Part shown: positions 43,510-56,388 of the stretch, in pieces
Numbering within the stretch: position 1 is the first letter of the stretch
Layout: each line of letters opens with the position of its first letter
NCBI RefSeq assembly: GCF_006345805.1
Contig: NC_043000.1
Location: 54,560,001-54,624,000 of the forward strand
DNA length: 64,000 bases
Direction of reading: 5' to 3'
From: Octopus sinensis
Lineage: Eukaryota
Notes under the pieces: model-generated
What the model was told of the DNA's origin: nothing
Databases searched by the model: none
The model's input: the letters and a program-made list of their open reading frames with translations, nothing else
Program-made: the position numbers and the translations under genes

Positions 43510-44110
43510 GTAAATTGAAAAATGACAATGGGAATTCTCCTTTAAATCGAAAAACAAGATTAATTAATCGCGAAACAAACGAAATAGATTTAGTTCGAAT
43601 TTAGATTTCTGTAATGGAATAACAGATGTTTCTCAGTTCATTAGTATTCGCAATAATCACATCTTTAATTTGACATGATTCCTCAAAGCAAAATTTTTAT
43701 CTTTTCTTCCTCTAAACCTTTACTTATGAATGTCCTAGATTTTGCTAAATGCTAAGTCTTATAAATAGTAATATTGCAATCATTTTACGCGCCTGTATCA
43801 CTCTCTCTGCTATTTGATAAAGTTTCAGTATGTTTTTTAAAAGAAATCTCATCCTTAAGATTTGATCGATATCAGTGAAAAAGCCTTCGATATTGCTGCT
43901 GCTTACTAGCTAACTGGACAATATTGTATAAGTGTGCAATGGATTATTTAGATTATATCTGATAATATCGGGATAATGACTTAGCTGCTTTTCACCATGC
44001 CAGCTGGTATAATGAAAGCATATTTACGGATAAAACCTTAATAAGCATTTTAAAAAGTTCCTCACATATAGAATAAAGTTAATATATGAAATTTACTTGA
44101 TGTCATTTTC
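43510..44110 (+). mobile_element. Penelope-like RT remnant of the YRDDGL type (Naiad/Chlamys-like)
   Basis: RLINRETNEI, NIAIILRA..SLLFDK, FDI and YRDNDLAAFHHAS match RLINPAKSEIG, II.HARKSLLF, FDVTMG and YRDDGLA; many stops. Confidence 0.55.
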
Positions 44111-44256
44111 GAATTAAGCAATAATAAATGCAAAAAATTAACGTAAACGAAATTCAATATAAACTATTATATATTATTACTCAGATCTATCACCATTTTA
44201 TATATTAAAGTCTAGTTAATCTAATGGGTAAGAAACAAAGAAATTTTCCACAAGGC

Positions 44257-44721
44257 TTCTACTTACAGCACTAACACTTAAGCTACCATAGATAACAATA
44301 TAATATAACATATAGTACCGAAACTTCAGTATTTAACATTACAATGCATATCCCTCTTGTCTTCAACCGTGCTACAATTGTCAGAAATATCTTGGAACGT
44401 ACGCAGATTAAATTTATCTGTCATAAACACCAATATGTTTTCTTTACCATATGCTAATCGGTATTCTCTAGCTGTTTCATATCACAACATTTTCCCACTT
44501 TATCTCCCGACAAAGACTGATATTACAAATATTTACAGAACTAATTTCTGATTCTATTTTTCTCTGTAAAATTTCTGAAGCTTAGGAAAACCACCCAACA
44601 CAACAAAGACGGTTTTAATTTTGTGGCGCAAATTGTAACGTTTCAGAATCGAACAGAATAACAGAGGACCACTTGTACTATCAGTAAATTTGCATATGTT
44701 AAACAAAATTGTAAACATTCG
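44257..44721 (-). pseudogene. Class C GPCR-like middle exon (Venus flytrap domain); boundaries uncertain
   Basis: CSILKRYNL (cf. mGluR VDIVKRYNW), IESEISSVNIC and ENILVFMT...LR; at least two frameshifts; GTAAGT donor at 44256; AG at 44722. Confidence 0.45.
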
Positions 44722-44882
44722 CTAGATTTATATGTTTACTGATTGATGGTAGCTTTAACTCAATTATGAAACTATCTTTATCTAAAAGTTTTAATGTAAT
44801 AACAATAGAAATATCGATATATTTCATTCTAAAATCCTGATGAGTTTTCTGCTTCCATTCGAACTCAATTGGTATATATATA

Positions 44883-44913
<31 letters not shown>

Positions 44914-45437
44914 AGGAAAAAAACAGACGGTGGGAAATGCTAAAATCATTTTATTATGAAGAACATTTTGGTACCAGTTTCTGTCTTTCCGACTATCTCA
45001 ACTTAGAGCAATGTAAGAAAAACAATTAAATTGTGGAAAAATTAAATGCAATGTTTTTTAAAGCATCTCCATACTTTTCAAATACAAGGGAAATTTTCCT
45101 TTTTTCTAGGTTGGACTATTTGATATCAAATATTCTTTTAGGACTGCTACTACCTACTACCTGCTACCAAGCCTTCACAAAAGTAAAAAAGAGACCCATA
45201 CAGACAGAAAAAAGGAAAATGTCCCATTTATTTGAAAACTATGGAAATATGTTTTTAAACATTTGATTTAATTTTTTCCCAATTTAATTGTTTTTCATGC
45301 TTTGCTCTAAGTTGAAAACGTCGGAAAGACTGAAACCGGTACTAAACTGTTCTTCATGATAAAACTATTTTGGATTTCTACCTTGTCTTATTGTTCTTAT
45401 ACATATCAATTCGCGTGTTCCGTTTCAAACTTCTACG

Positions 45438-45541
<104 letters not shown>

Positions 45542-45562
45542 CATATATCAAATCCTTCCATC

Positions 45563-47220
45563 TTGCCCTCCACTTCTCCTGCGCTATATCTGATACCTGT
45601 CTCCTTTCTTGACATTTCGGCCAGCATTCATCACTCCACTCTCACAAGCTCCATCTTCTACAAACATGCAAACTCACACTCATACCTCAACTTCTCCTCC
45701 CACACTAGACACACCAAGCTTTCCATCCCCTATTCCCGATTCCTCCGTCTACGCAGGCTCTGTGGTGATGACCATGACCTTGAGACTCAGTCTCAACTCA
45801 TGGCTCGCCACTTCATCCTACGTGGTTATCCACTCACCACTATCAACACCGCCCTTACCAGAGCACGTTCCGTGGACCGTGCATCTTCTTTCTTCCCCCC
45901 GAACCCGCTAGGCCGTCTCCCGCCTCCCATTCCCCTCACCTACCACCCCACCACTCTACCTCTCCTACCCACCATTCTCTGAGCCTTCCGGGGACTCCAG
46001 TTCGACCCGCCCCCACTACGCACATCTTCCCAAACTGTCACCACCCCTACTTCAAACAAGCCCGCAACCTACGAGACCTCTTGGTCCATAGTATCTTCCC
46101 TTACCCAACATCACAACCCATCTCGTTCCACTGATCCCGCCCACGCTGTCGCACTTGCCCTTACCTCTCCAACACCACCCTCCTCACCGGCAACCATTAT
46201 CGATCCTATCACATCAACGACTCCTTCACCTATAGTTCTACCAATGTCATCTACTGCATCTCCTGCTCTCTCTGCCCTTCTCTATACATCGGGAAATGGG
46301 ACGCCTCTTGGCGGACTGGTTCACGAGACACCTCCGAGACAACCGACTCGGCAATGACACACTGGTCTCGCGCCATTTCCGCTCTACCAGTCACTCTTTG
46401 CAACACCTGACCTTGTTCGGATTGTCCCTGCGCAGGGCCATTCGGACCACCCTTTCCGGCATGAACAGGGATTAATCTTCCTCCTTCTCTCGTTTGCGCC
46501 ACATGGGCTCAACTCTCCTCCTCTCTTCATCTAACCACCTCCCCTCTTTATCTAACCTCCTCCCCTCGCCTCTCTCACCCTCACACCTACTTCTGTCCAC
46601 CAACCTCTTTTCTCGCTCCGACTCCTATTTCTCTTAACTTCTACTCTCCTCTCTTCTCTTCACTCATAGCCACCTCTCCTTCCCCCTTCATTGTCACCCC
46701 TCACTCGTAACCCCACCCGACCCTACACATTCCAACTCCACCTCCCCTATCCTTCCCATCCCACCCCACCCCATCCCTTACTTCCCTCATACATACCCCA
46801 CCTCTACCCCCCATCTGCCTACACACATACCCAGTCGCTAATCCCACCCTTAGCCTAACAACCACCCACCCTTGCTTACTCCATTCTCGCTTCCCCCAAC
46901 TCCCAACATCATCTCATCACATCACACACCACTACACCATACACCTCCATACCACACAACACATCACACCACCACGCACACACTAGGACTGACTACTTCC
47001 AAGCCCACACCTTCAAACCTACACATAACACGGCAAGCTCACCAGCCCTCTTACACAAGCACATACATATTCTCATATGCACAGGCACGCGCACCTTCGT
47101 TTTCGGATCATCACTATTTTATTATCTCCCCTTGTTTCTTTCTGTGGAAGGGCGTAGGCTCGAAACTTCAAAGACTTTCACTTCCCGAGTATTAAACTAA
47201 TATATCTGTTTGTTGTCTAC
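45563..47220 (+). mobile_element. 5'-truncated Penelope-like element (RT C-terminus, GIY-YIG endonuclease, C-rich UTR, pLTR)
   Basis: FLDI, SHSYLNFSSH.RHTKLSIPYSRFLRLRRLC, RGYP; CRTCPY; NVIYCISCSLCPSLYIG; terminal repeat at ~47060-47220. Confidence 0.92.
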
Positions 47221-47293
47221 ACCACCTGCCTTTGTGTTTTGTTTCTTGTGAACTCTCCCGGTATGTATGTATGTATGTATGTATGTATGTATG

Positions 47294-47339
<46 letters not shown>

Positions 47340-47528
47340 ATAAACACAATACATGTATTTTATGTGCTACTATTGGTTTCATGCCCTGAGAGCATGCCAA
47401 ACAGTGGTTTTAACACGCCTGGTATCCTAGTGCAATCATCAGACACCAAACGTGTTAAAAAATAACTCTTTGGCATACTCAGAGCGCGAATGATTAATAG
47501 TAGCACATAATACATATATTGTGTTTAT
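47340..47528. mobile_element. Imperfect palindromic MITE (~78-bp arms, 33-bp spacer)
   Basis: ataaacacaat...ttttaacacg and cgtgttaaaa...attgtgtttat; TA-bounded. Confidence 0.75.
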
Positions 47529-47764
47529 GGAGTGATTTTTTGTTCATCTTACCACAATAGTATACTATATATATATAGGTTTCAATAAGGTATACAATGC
47601 CACTTCCTAAAATCAGAGCCAATTCTCCAGAAACCTGTATAAAATTCACAATAAAGATATACACTAGCAATTCAATGAACATATGAGAAATAGGCTTAGC
47701 CTTGAGTTGAATACATCAGGAAGTAAAGTATATTCCAATACCAATTAATTTCATCGAACTGTAT

Positions 47765-48400
47765 GTTTGTCATGCAAAGCGTGAAATTAACAGGTATTGA
47801 AATATACATTACTTATTAATGTTTTCAACGCAAAGGTAAACCTATTTCTAATACGTTCATTGCATATCTCGCATGTATCTTTATCGTAAGTTTTATATCG
47901 GTTTTCGGAGCATTGGCTCGGATTTGAGCAAGTGGTATTATATACCATATTTAATCTTAATTTACCTTATATTGTGCCTGTAAATGTATGAACTTGCTAG
48001 CCAACTTATTGCTACAAATAATAGTAATAATACTTCTTTATTTAAATTTTTCTTGTTCACGATAGTTTTCTTTTAAACGGGAGGTTTAAAATAAGTAACG
48101 CACACGAGCTAATGTAGTGAATATTTTAGAAATAGATGTTAAAATGTTATATTCAACTGAAGATCACAGAATATGCTTGTCATGCAAAGTGTGAAATCAA
48201 TTTGCATTGTAATATACACTAATGACTGATGTATTCAACGCAAAGGTAAACCTATTTCTCTTATGCTCATTGCTCATATGTATCTTTATCGTGTGTTTTA
48301 TTGGAGCATTGGCTCTGATTTTAGCAAGTGGTATTATATGCCCTATTGAATCTTAATTTACTTTATATTGTGCCTGTAACGGTCTGAACGTGCTAGCCAC
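47765..48400. repeat. Diverged ~235-bp direct duplication
   Basis: catgcaaag.gtgaaat...caaaggtaaacctatttct...tgctagcc at 47771-48002 and 48181-48398. Confidence 0.85.
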
Positions 48401-48404
48401 ATTA

Positions 48405-48405
48405 C

Positions 48406-48455
<50 letters not shown>

Positions 48456-48543
48456 TATTATTATTATTAATTATTATTATTATTATTATATTATTATATA
48501 TTATTATTATTATTATTACCTTCATCATCATCATCAGCAGCAG

Positions 48544-48596
<53 letters not shown>

Positions 48597-48875
48597 GTTC
48601 AATTTTTGTTTTACATTTGTACAAGTTGGCTCCAAGTCTCACCTAGAGACCTCAAGAGAAAAACAAGTTGGAAGTTCATGTTAGTGTTATGCCTAGGGTG
48701 CTATATATTTGGTTTTCTACATAGTGTTGCACTAGAGAATGTTTAAGAAACCATAAGAAAATTATCTGATTTAAAACTTCATATTACATAGAAAGTATTT
48801 TGCGTAGGATATGAGCAGTTCCCACGAGCAATATCTTTTGAATTTCTGCGATTTTGGGGTTTCCTGGTACTTCTT
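48405..48875 (-). mobile_element. Dong/R4 3' end with (TAA)n tail
   Basis: Minus strand KEVPGNPKIAEIQKILLVGTAHILRKILSM*, homologous to the C-terminus in ORF 478-717; tail at 48405-48595. Confidence 0.85.
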
Positions 48876-48961
48876 TATATATACATATACATTTAAAACC
48901 GAACTGTTGTACCTGATGCTAGTGGAATGAAATACGTGGGAAGACTGTGCGTGAGAATGCT

Positions 48962-49013
<52 letters not shown>

Positions 49014-49660
49014 ATATATACTCATTTACGTGTGTGTGTGTGTGTGTGTGTATTTATGTATATTCATATCTGGTGTAGGGTCTGGATCTTTTAGATTGAG
49101 TGAAAGCAATTTGTTTTATAAATCTTTCTGTGCAAAGAGAATTTGAATGTAATAGCAGCTGGCTGAAATGAAGAAGCATTTAGATTATTAAGTTTCTGCA
49201 TTAAATACACCTGCTAACTAATAATTGAATGGCGTTGTCAGAAAATATAAACGTATATTACAAACGCAACTGAAAGCCACTTACAATTACAGTTTATGTC
49301 TAAAGAATACCTGTTGAAATACTCTTTCCTAACGTATGAAATGTTTATTCTCTATTGATTCTATCCTCTGGTAACAATGTTTTTAAGCAAAAACACTTCA
49401 TAGACTGTATACTAACTCGGTGATTATCTCAAAACATTTTTATTCTCATAAAAGGATGGATAAAGCTTTACTCTGTAACTCCATGTATATATCCGGATAT
49501 GAAAATGCATGTGTGGAACATGCGGCACCATTATATACTATATATGTTTAATGCGACACCATTATATATATGCACACACACACTCACACATACACACACA
49601 TACACAGAGACGCACGCACAGACACGAACAGGCACTCCCTTCCTCACTCTGTCTCTCTCA

Positions 49661-49691
<31 letters not shown>

Positions 49692-50382
49692 AATACACGC
49701 ACATATACACATAAACGTATGTACATACAGCTTCTTCAGTGTATACTTAAGTTTGAGAAGGATCTCAAAGCATCAAAGGTTTCGGTGTCATTAGAGCGTT
49801 GACGACAACCAATCGAATCAACATCAACATTCCATTTTGCTAAGTTTCATACAAACATACAAACATTCATATATAATATATACAGGCGAAAGTGTGTTAA
49901 GGAGCTTGCTCCTCAACCATATCGTCCTGAATTCAGTCCCTTTGCGTGGCACATTGGGCACGTATGTTCTACTAGACCCTCCGACCGACCAAAGCCCTGT
50001 GAATGGATTTGGCAGAGGGAAACTGAAAGAAGCCTGTGGTGCACATATATATATATATATATATTGTTTTTAAATGTGAGCTACATGTTTCATGCATCTG
50101 TTAGTGTAATAATTGGCCGAGCCTGTAAGCGTACTGTATAGTATCGAGTTGTCTTTGCGAGATTCAATACAACATCGCTGTTCTCTAACAAAGACTCGTC
50201 TTTTTAAAGGAACAAAACTTAAAACTTGTTCCTGTGCATAATATGAGTGTGTATTTGTATCTGTGCCTGTGTATGTGTGTAGATACGTGTGTAAGAGATT
50301 TCACATACAGACACACACACACTGTTACTCGACTGTTTAGCTTCAGAATCACTTTTACCTCATATCATATTCTTAAAACATA

Positions 50383-51587
50383 AGAGGTGGTATCAAAACC
50401 TTCCTGGACTAGTTCTGTCGCGCGCCAACGGATGGCAACTCAGTGTTGCGTGCAAAGTGAGGGCTAGCAATGACATTCTTGAAGTAATGTTCCTCGTGAC
50501 ATTGCTGTTTTTACTTCGCAAATTGTGAAATTTGTGTTTTTGTGAGCAAGTGTATGCTGTAGTCTGCGATTTTTCTCGTGAATAGTAAGGTGGAAGAAAT
50601 AGCCAAAGTGACATTTTGCTTTAAACTTGGGAAGTCTGCTACACTGAGATTGAGTATATGTCGGTAAGCTTACGACGATGAGGTAATGGGTAGTGCGCAA
50701 TGTTCCGAGTGTCACAGGCTCTTCAATAACTGAAAAATATCCCGGGAAGCCGATGAGCGATCTGGAAGACCTGCCACGAGCATCACTCTCGGAAATATGG
50801 AGAAAATTCATCAGCATGAGGATCGTCGGAGGACAATCAACGACAATGCTGATGTTGTTGCCCTGTCGCGTGGGTCCGTACAGGCAATTCTAATGTCTGA
50901 ATTTGTCCTCGCCTGCTGAGCATTAAGCAATCCCGTCGAAATCTGTCAATATCTCCGTCAACGTGCCACTTCATGTAGAGGATCATCACCAGTGACAAGA
51001 GGCGGATTTATCACCATGCCCGAAGGCACGACAGTGACACACCTCAATCAAGAGCGTAGTCATCGATTTTTACGACATTCACTGTATTGTGCATCGAGAA
51101 TTCTTCCCCCAAGGCCAGACCGTCAATCGAGATGTCTACTGTGACGGTTTGAAGTCTTTGATGGCCTGCGAAAGGGACCGGATCTGTGGAGTACAAAATA
51201 TTGGATTCTTCACGGTGACAATGCACTCTGTCACTAAGCTCTCCTCACTTGTGAGAGCTTCCCGCGAAAAATCATGTTATCGCTTTCCGTATCTACCCTA
51301 TTGGCCAGATTTAGAACCTGCAGATTCCATCTCTTCTCCAAGAGGAAAATGCAGCTCACAGGTACCCATTTTAACACAGTTGTCAAGATCAAGAGCGAAT
51401 CCTAGTGGGTCTTCGACTCGCTTACGGAAAATGACTTCCAGGCCGGATTCTAAATGTGGGAGGAATGCTGGGCCGCTATATTGCTACAAAAGGAGACTAT
51501 TTCAAACGAGTTAATGCTAAAACTTATGTAAATAAGTTATTGTTTATTAAAAATAATTAGACGGGGAACTTCTTGATACCACTATTG
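50383..51587 (+). mobile_element. Near full-length mariner (DD34D), decayed, with TIRs and TA TSD
   Basis: TIR core gtggtatcaa.a..ttcc at both ends, each flanked by TA; FCFKLGKSAT, IVHREFFPQGQTVN, LHGDNA and PYWPDLEPAD. Confidence 0.9.
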
Positions 51588-52700
51588 TAATGAATAATAA
51601 TGTAATGAATAACATCAAATGATATATAATGGTATAGAATGATATATAATATACGATGGGACGATTTTATACTTTGGTTCGCCGGGTCAAAATGAGCTGA
51701 ACGTAAACATCAGTCACTTCAACAATGGGTATTTTCGTTTCTGAAACTGATTTGAGATCAATCAGTCTAGAGTAAATTTTAGTAAGAAATATTCTTTGTT
51801 GCTCTTCCTATACAATTTGATATTCTGGAAATTTACATTTTCAAAATGAATTAATAGTATTACAACATATATCATTTGAACGATAGATATCACCGTAGCT
51901 TAGCTGTCCTAGGCTAAACAACTACGACATTCACTATGTTTCTGTTTTTGAAATCGATTTAGTTATTAATCACTAGAGACTAAAGTAAAATAATTACACG
52001 AAATTTGCACATTCCAATTGACTTACTGAATTTCTGAATGCTCGAAATAATGTTTTATTATTACAGGGTGTCATATGAATATTACTAGAAGCTAATAAAT
52101 TATCGGTAGCTGATATTCTACCAGAATTCTTGCGACAACTAATGAAAGTTATTCAAATTGTTGGCATGCAGTCTTAGTGCCTTATAAAGATATGACATTT
52201 GACACTTGTAATATTAAGCAAAGACCACTTTCAATACTCTCCCTTCACAACAAATTTATTGCTTATTTTTCTCTTTACCAATATTGCAATAATAAGTATA
52301 TTTCAATTCATTTCAAAATCTGAAACATAATCATTTTGGTGTTGTTGTTGATGATGATGTTGTTCCAATCCAGCACAGACACATCTGTAATTAGAAGCAT
52401 TCAAGTTTTTACTATCTCGTCTTATACATGCATTGTGTACCCGGAATACAATATGAAATAAGTTTTTCGAAAAAAGTGTGTAGTTATTAGCCTCAGCAAA
52501 ATTTCACTGCTATCTGTAGCAACATATGCATATGTTCATTGCGATGGAAGTCAACCTGAGGATTTTTAGATGCTTATGAAAAGCAATAACTATGTGCTGT
52601 CTTCATGAAACCGGAGAAAATGCTGTTGTCTTTTAGAAATCACAAGAATATCAATATACCATTATTCGATCTGTTTCCAATAACTACAAATCTAACTTAC

Positions 52701-53034
52701 TCTGTAGCATATTCTAAATACAGAGATGGCATTTTAGGTAAATTAGTTCTAGATACCGCTATATATACGGGATGGTCACAAATGCAAGGCTTTTGTTCAT
52801 ATCTCCACTGAAACTGAATTGACTTAGAGTTAAACAACAAAAACTGTTGATTCAAAATTCTTGACAGGTGTCTAAATAAGACTTTGTTTATCGAAAATTT
52901 AGCAAGTAATGGAGACGATGATATATCTGTAATTAACTCCACCGAAGGAGTTGTTTTTTCAGGCCATCTCTTATTGAGCGTAGATATGATCGAAAATATC
53001 CCAGCGATGCCTATCCTGTATTTTGCTTGTTTTC
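52701..53034 (-). pseudogene. Class C GPCR-like 5' coding exon (Venus flytrap N-terminus); open across the exon
   Basis: A 334-bp stretch, open in one frame, bounded by tgatcAG (53035) and GTAAGT (52700), with stops immediately outside both ends. Reads KQAKYRIGIAGIFSIISTLNKRWPEKTTPSVELITDISSSPLLAK...MPSLYLEYAT (cf. AMIFAIEEIN..LLPN.TLG..I.D and IPQI.YAT). Confidence 0.55.
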
Positions 53035-53486
53035 CTGATCAATAATATTTAATATACACCACATTTCATAAAACACTCAAAATGAAGTTTGAATGTCATC
53101 TGAGTGCACTGTCTAGGTAGTGAATTGGTGACAAATAACTAGGTACATTACTATTATTTTGTCAATATTTAGATATGATGTCTCCTGTTCTATGTAGATT
53201 GACGTTCGTCGTATATTCTATTCCAAGTTTATATTTACTTATTGAACGTAAAATTATTCTCTGACACGAAAATACGAAGTAAATTTTAGATACGAAAGAA
53301 GGCAGTTTTTCATTAATTTACTAGCATCGAAGATATTAAGATTTTTTTTTTATTCGGATATCCGACTTCGTTAAATATGAAACGCTGATGTTTACTACGT
53401 CAATAATTGAATTAATTACCTGAAAAATTCCTTCTTCATGTAGCTCCAAAACTTCGTTTGATGAAGTCATAAATGATTCTAAAATA

Positions 53487-53900
53487 TTGGGTCATCCCAT
53501 AAATAATGCGTTTCTTTTATACTTCCTTTATTTTTCAAAATTAAGATAAACAAAATTCTGCTTTAATCTAAAATATACTCTCCTAGATTTTCTACAATTT
53601 TCTTCCATGTATCTGGTAGACTTGCCCCTCTTCCAAAATCCACTTGTACGTGACGGAAAGAACTTAGCCAGTACTGTTATGATCTTGTCTCTAAAATTCA
53701 TATTTTTTCCATCCAAATGCTTTTAAAGACTGTGGAATAAATGATAATCAAATGGGCCAATGTCCGGTGAGTATTGAGGGTGAGCATGGTTTCCCACTCA
53801 AATTGCTCCAGCCTTTGGAATGTCATCCTCGTTGTATGAGGCCGAGCATTAACCTGACGGAAGAACACCTTCCGTCTTGAAACCAGAGATGGTCGTTTTT
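53487..53900 (-). mobile_element. Mariner 3' half with TIR
   Basis: Minus strand RPSLVSRRKVFFRQVNARPH...DYHLFHSL; TIR ttgggtcatcccataaataatgcg after TA. Confidence 0.85.
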
Positions 53901-54399
53901 CTTTATATTTTTTATCTTCCCATTCTTGGCACCACTCTCAAAGTGTATAGCTGTAAACTATTGCCTCTGTGAGCCCATTCAGGTATATTCCTAACATCTT
54001 ATATATCTATCTTTAGAATGTATACAATAAATCAGACAATTCCCGACCAGTCAACATTTGCGGCTCAAGTTGTTTACACATTACTTAATGTTGGGGAATT
54101 AACAAGTCAGTCTGTCTCCATACATGAGTGAATTTCTCATCGTGTGAAAACTTGCTGTTTATTATTTGTTACTTAAACTTTTATTCCCTTCCAACGTTAA
54201 TTATGTTTAATGAATGATATTGTAATCCAGTATATTTTTGTGATACATTTTTTAGTTATTCTAGAGGAATGATTAATAGAAATGTCACATAATATCGTTA
54301 GGTTTTTCATAATTTTTATAAGTACTCTTTGAGTACTTATATTCTAGTGCTTCTTATACAAAAGCAGGTAGTAATTTTACCTTATCTTTATTCTTAGTA

Positions 54400-55030
54400 C
54401 AATATTTGAAAATTGCAGTTCGATTTTGGCTGCTACATTTCAAAGTTATAACGGAAGTGACAAAGGAGCATATTCGGCATATTTTGCTTTATGAGCTCAA
54501 TAAAGATAGCAACGTAACTGAAAGTGCGAGGTATATTAATGCAGTATATGGGGATCGCACAATAAGCGTCAGTCAGTGTCAATGGTGGTTTTAGAAATTC
54601 CGAGTCGGAAACTATAGCCTAGAAGACGAGCCTCATCCTGCAAGGTCTCTAGAGCTCGACGAGAATGTCCGGCAAATCCTGGTGGAACAAAATCCCATCG
54701 AAGCTTGAATTTTGTCATTCAAATAATCATTCAAATCAGCGCTAGAAGAAAAACGACCATCTCTGGTTTCAAGACGGAACGTGTTCTTCCATTCAGAGAT
54801 GAATGAAGGAAGACAAATCTAAGTATAACATAACTTGGTCTATAGTAAGGCACGCAAAACCATACAATATCATTTTCAGGAAATGCCGACTCTGCTCCGA
54901 GGAATCCCTTTCTATTCTGTGGACGAATTAAAAGATTATTAATAGAATTTCTGAACGTCACCCAACATACCTACATGCATATTAATGTACTTTCACACAA
55001 TGCAGTGGGAATGAATGTAACTGTTAACAT
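54400..55030 (+). mobile_element. Mariner remnant (same family as 53487-53900), internally deleted
   Basis: EHIRHILLYELNK...AVYGDRTI...FRVGNYSLEDEP; shares cgaccatctctggtttcaagacggaa with the minus-strand copy. Confidence 0.85.
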
Positions 55031-56059
55031 AATTTACTTTAAGATATGGATGAATTTAATTTAGCTTTAACCTCCCAACTCTTAGAAGCACTAAGTAGCT
55101 ATTTAACTCGCTATATGAACGTATGCACACTAAACCACACGTGTGCTTATGCTTGCATCTTTGTGGATACTTCTATGAGCGAGTGTACTTGCGCCATGCA
55201 GCTTTGGTGAGAGTGTTTATACATCCTCATCCGTTAACGGTTATTTTAAATACATTTTCCGCTGTATTGTGTTTTCGTTTTCTACGTTCGTTTTCTACAC
55301 ACACATACACACCTATATGAACATATATATCTTTTGTTAAGTTAGAATTTGTCTGTTTTGCTCAGAAGTTTTCCAATTTCTTTTTTCTTGTATCAAGCAA
55401 TTGACGAAACCATTTAAAAACATTTAAATTCATGGAGCCGAACAAAATCAAAAATATTTTTATTTTTCCCTTAACTCTTTACTTTTCAACAATATAATTA
55501 ATTATCGTATCCTATATACTGAGATGGAAGGGTACACCCCTCCCCCACTCTCAAATACTAATTGGACACAGAATGTGTGTAGTTACCCAGCTGGAAGAGA
55601 TGTCTTCCTGGGGCTATAAATGTCAGTAGCACTGTCCTGTATAGGAAGCCACACATGGTTGGCAACTATATGTTACGATATATCTACATTTATGTGTGAG
55701 TGTGTGTGTTTGTGCTTGTTCCCCCCCACCATTGCTTGAAAACGGATGTTGGTGTGCTTGCATCCCTGTAAATTAGCTGTTCAATAAGATGAGACTGATA
55801 GAATAAGTCCCAAGTTTACTGGGAATAAATCCAGGATGTCAATTTCTTCGATTAAAGGATGTTATTCCGGCATGGCCATCGTCAAATGACTGAAACAAGT
55901 AAAAGAATAAAACCACTAAACCAAGAAGGTTCTCTGAATATGTACGATATATTTTGAGGCTAAATAGTAATTCTGTTTGTGTTTGCGTCACTGAGATATT
56001 TTGCATGGATTATATATTTATAGGTTTTACACTTCTTTCTATATTCTGTAACTGTCGCA

Positions 56060-56262
56060 ATATACTTTTCTACTATAGGCACAAGTCCTGAAATTTGTTT
56101 GTGGGGGGCGCAATCGATTAGACTAGTACTTGATTTATCAACCCCGAAAAGATGAAAGCCAAATTCAACCCCAGCAGAATTGAACTCAGAACTTAAGGAC
56201 AGACGAAATACCACTAAGCATTTCGCACGGCGTACTAACGATTCTGCCAGCTTACCGCCTTT
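56060..56262 (-). mobile_element. Meta-like SINE
   Basis: Reverse complement of aggcggtaagctggcagaatcgttag...gagttcaattc...tttcggggttgataaa. Confidence 0.75.
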
Positions 56263-56344
56263 AACTGTAGCAATATAGAAACATTTCTCATGGTACCAGC
56301 ACGCAATTTGCAGAAGCCTACATTTTTATATTTCTCACAGGTAC

Positions 56345-56388
<44 letters not shown>

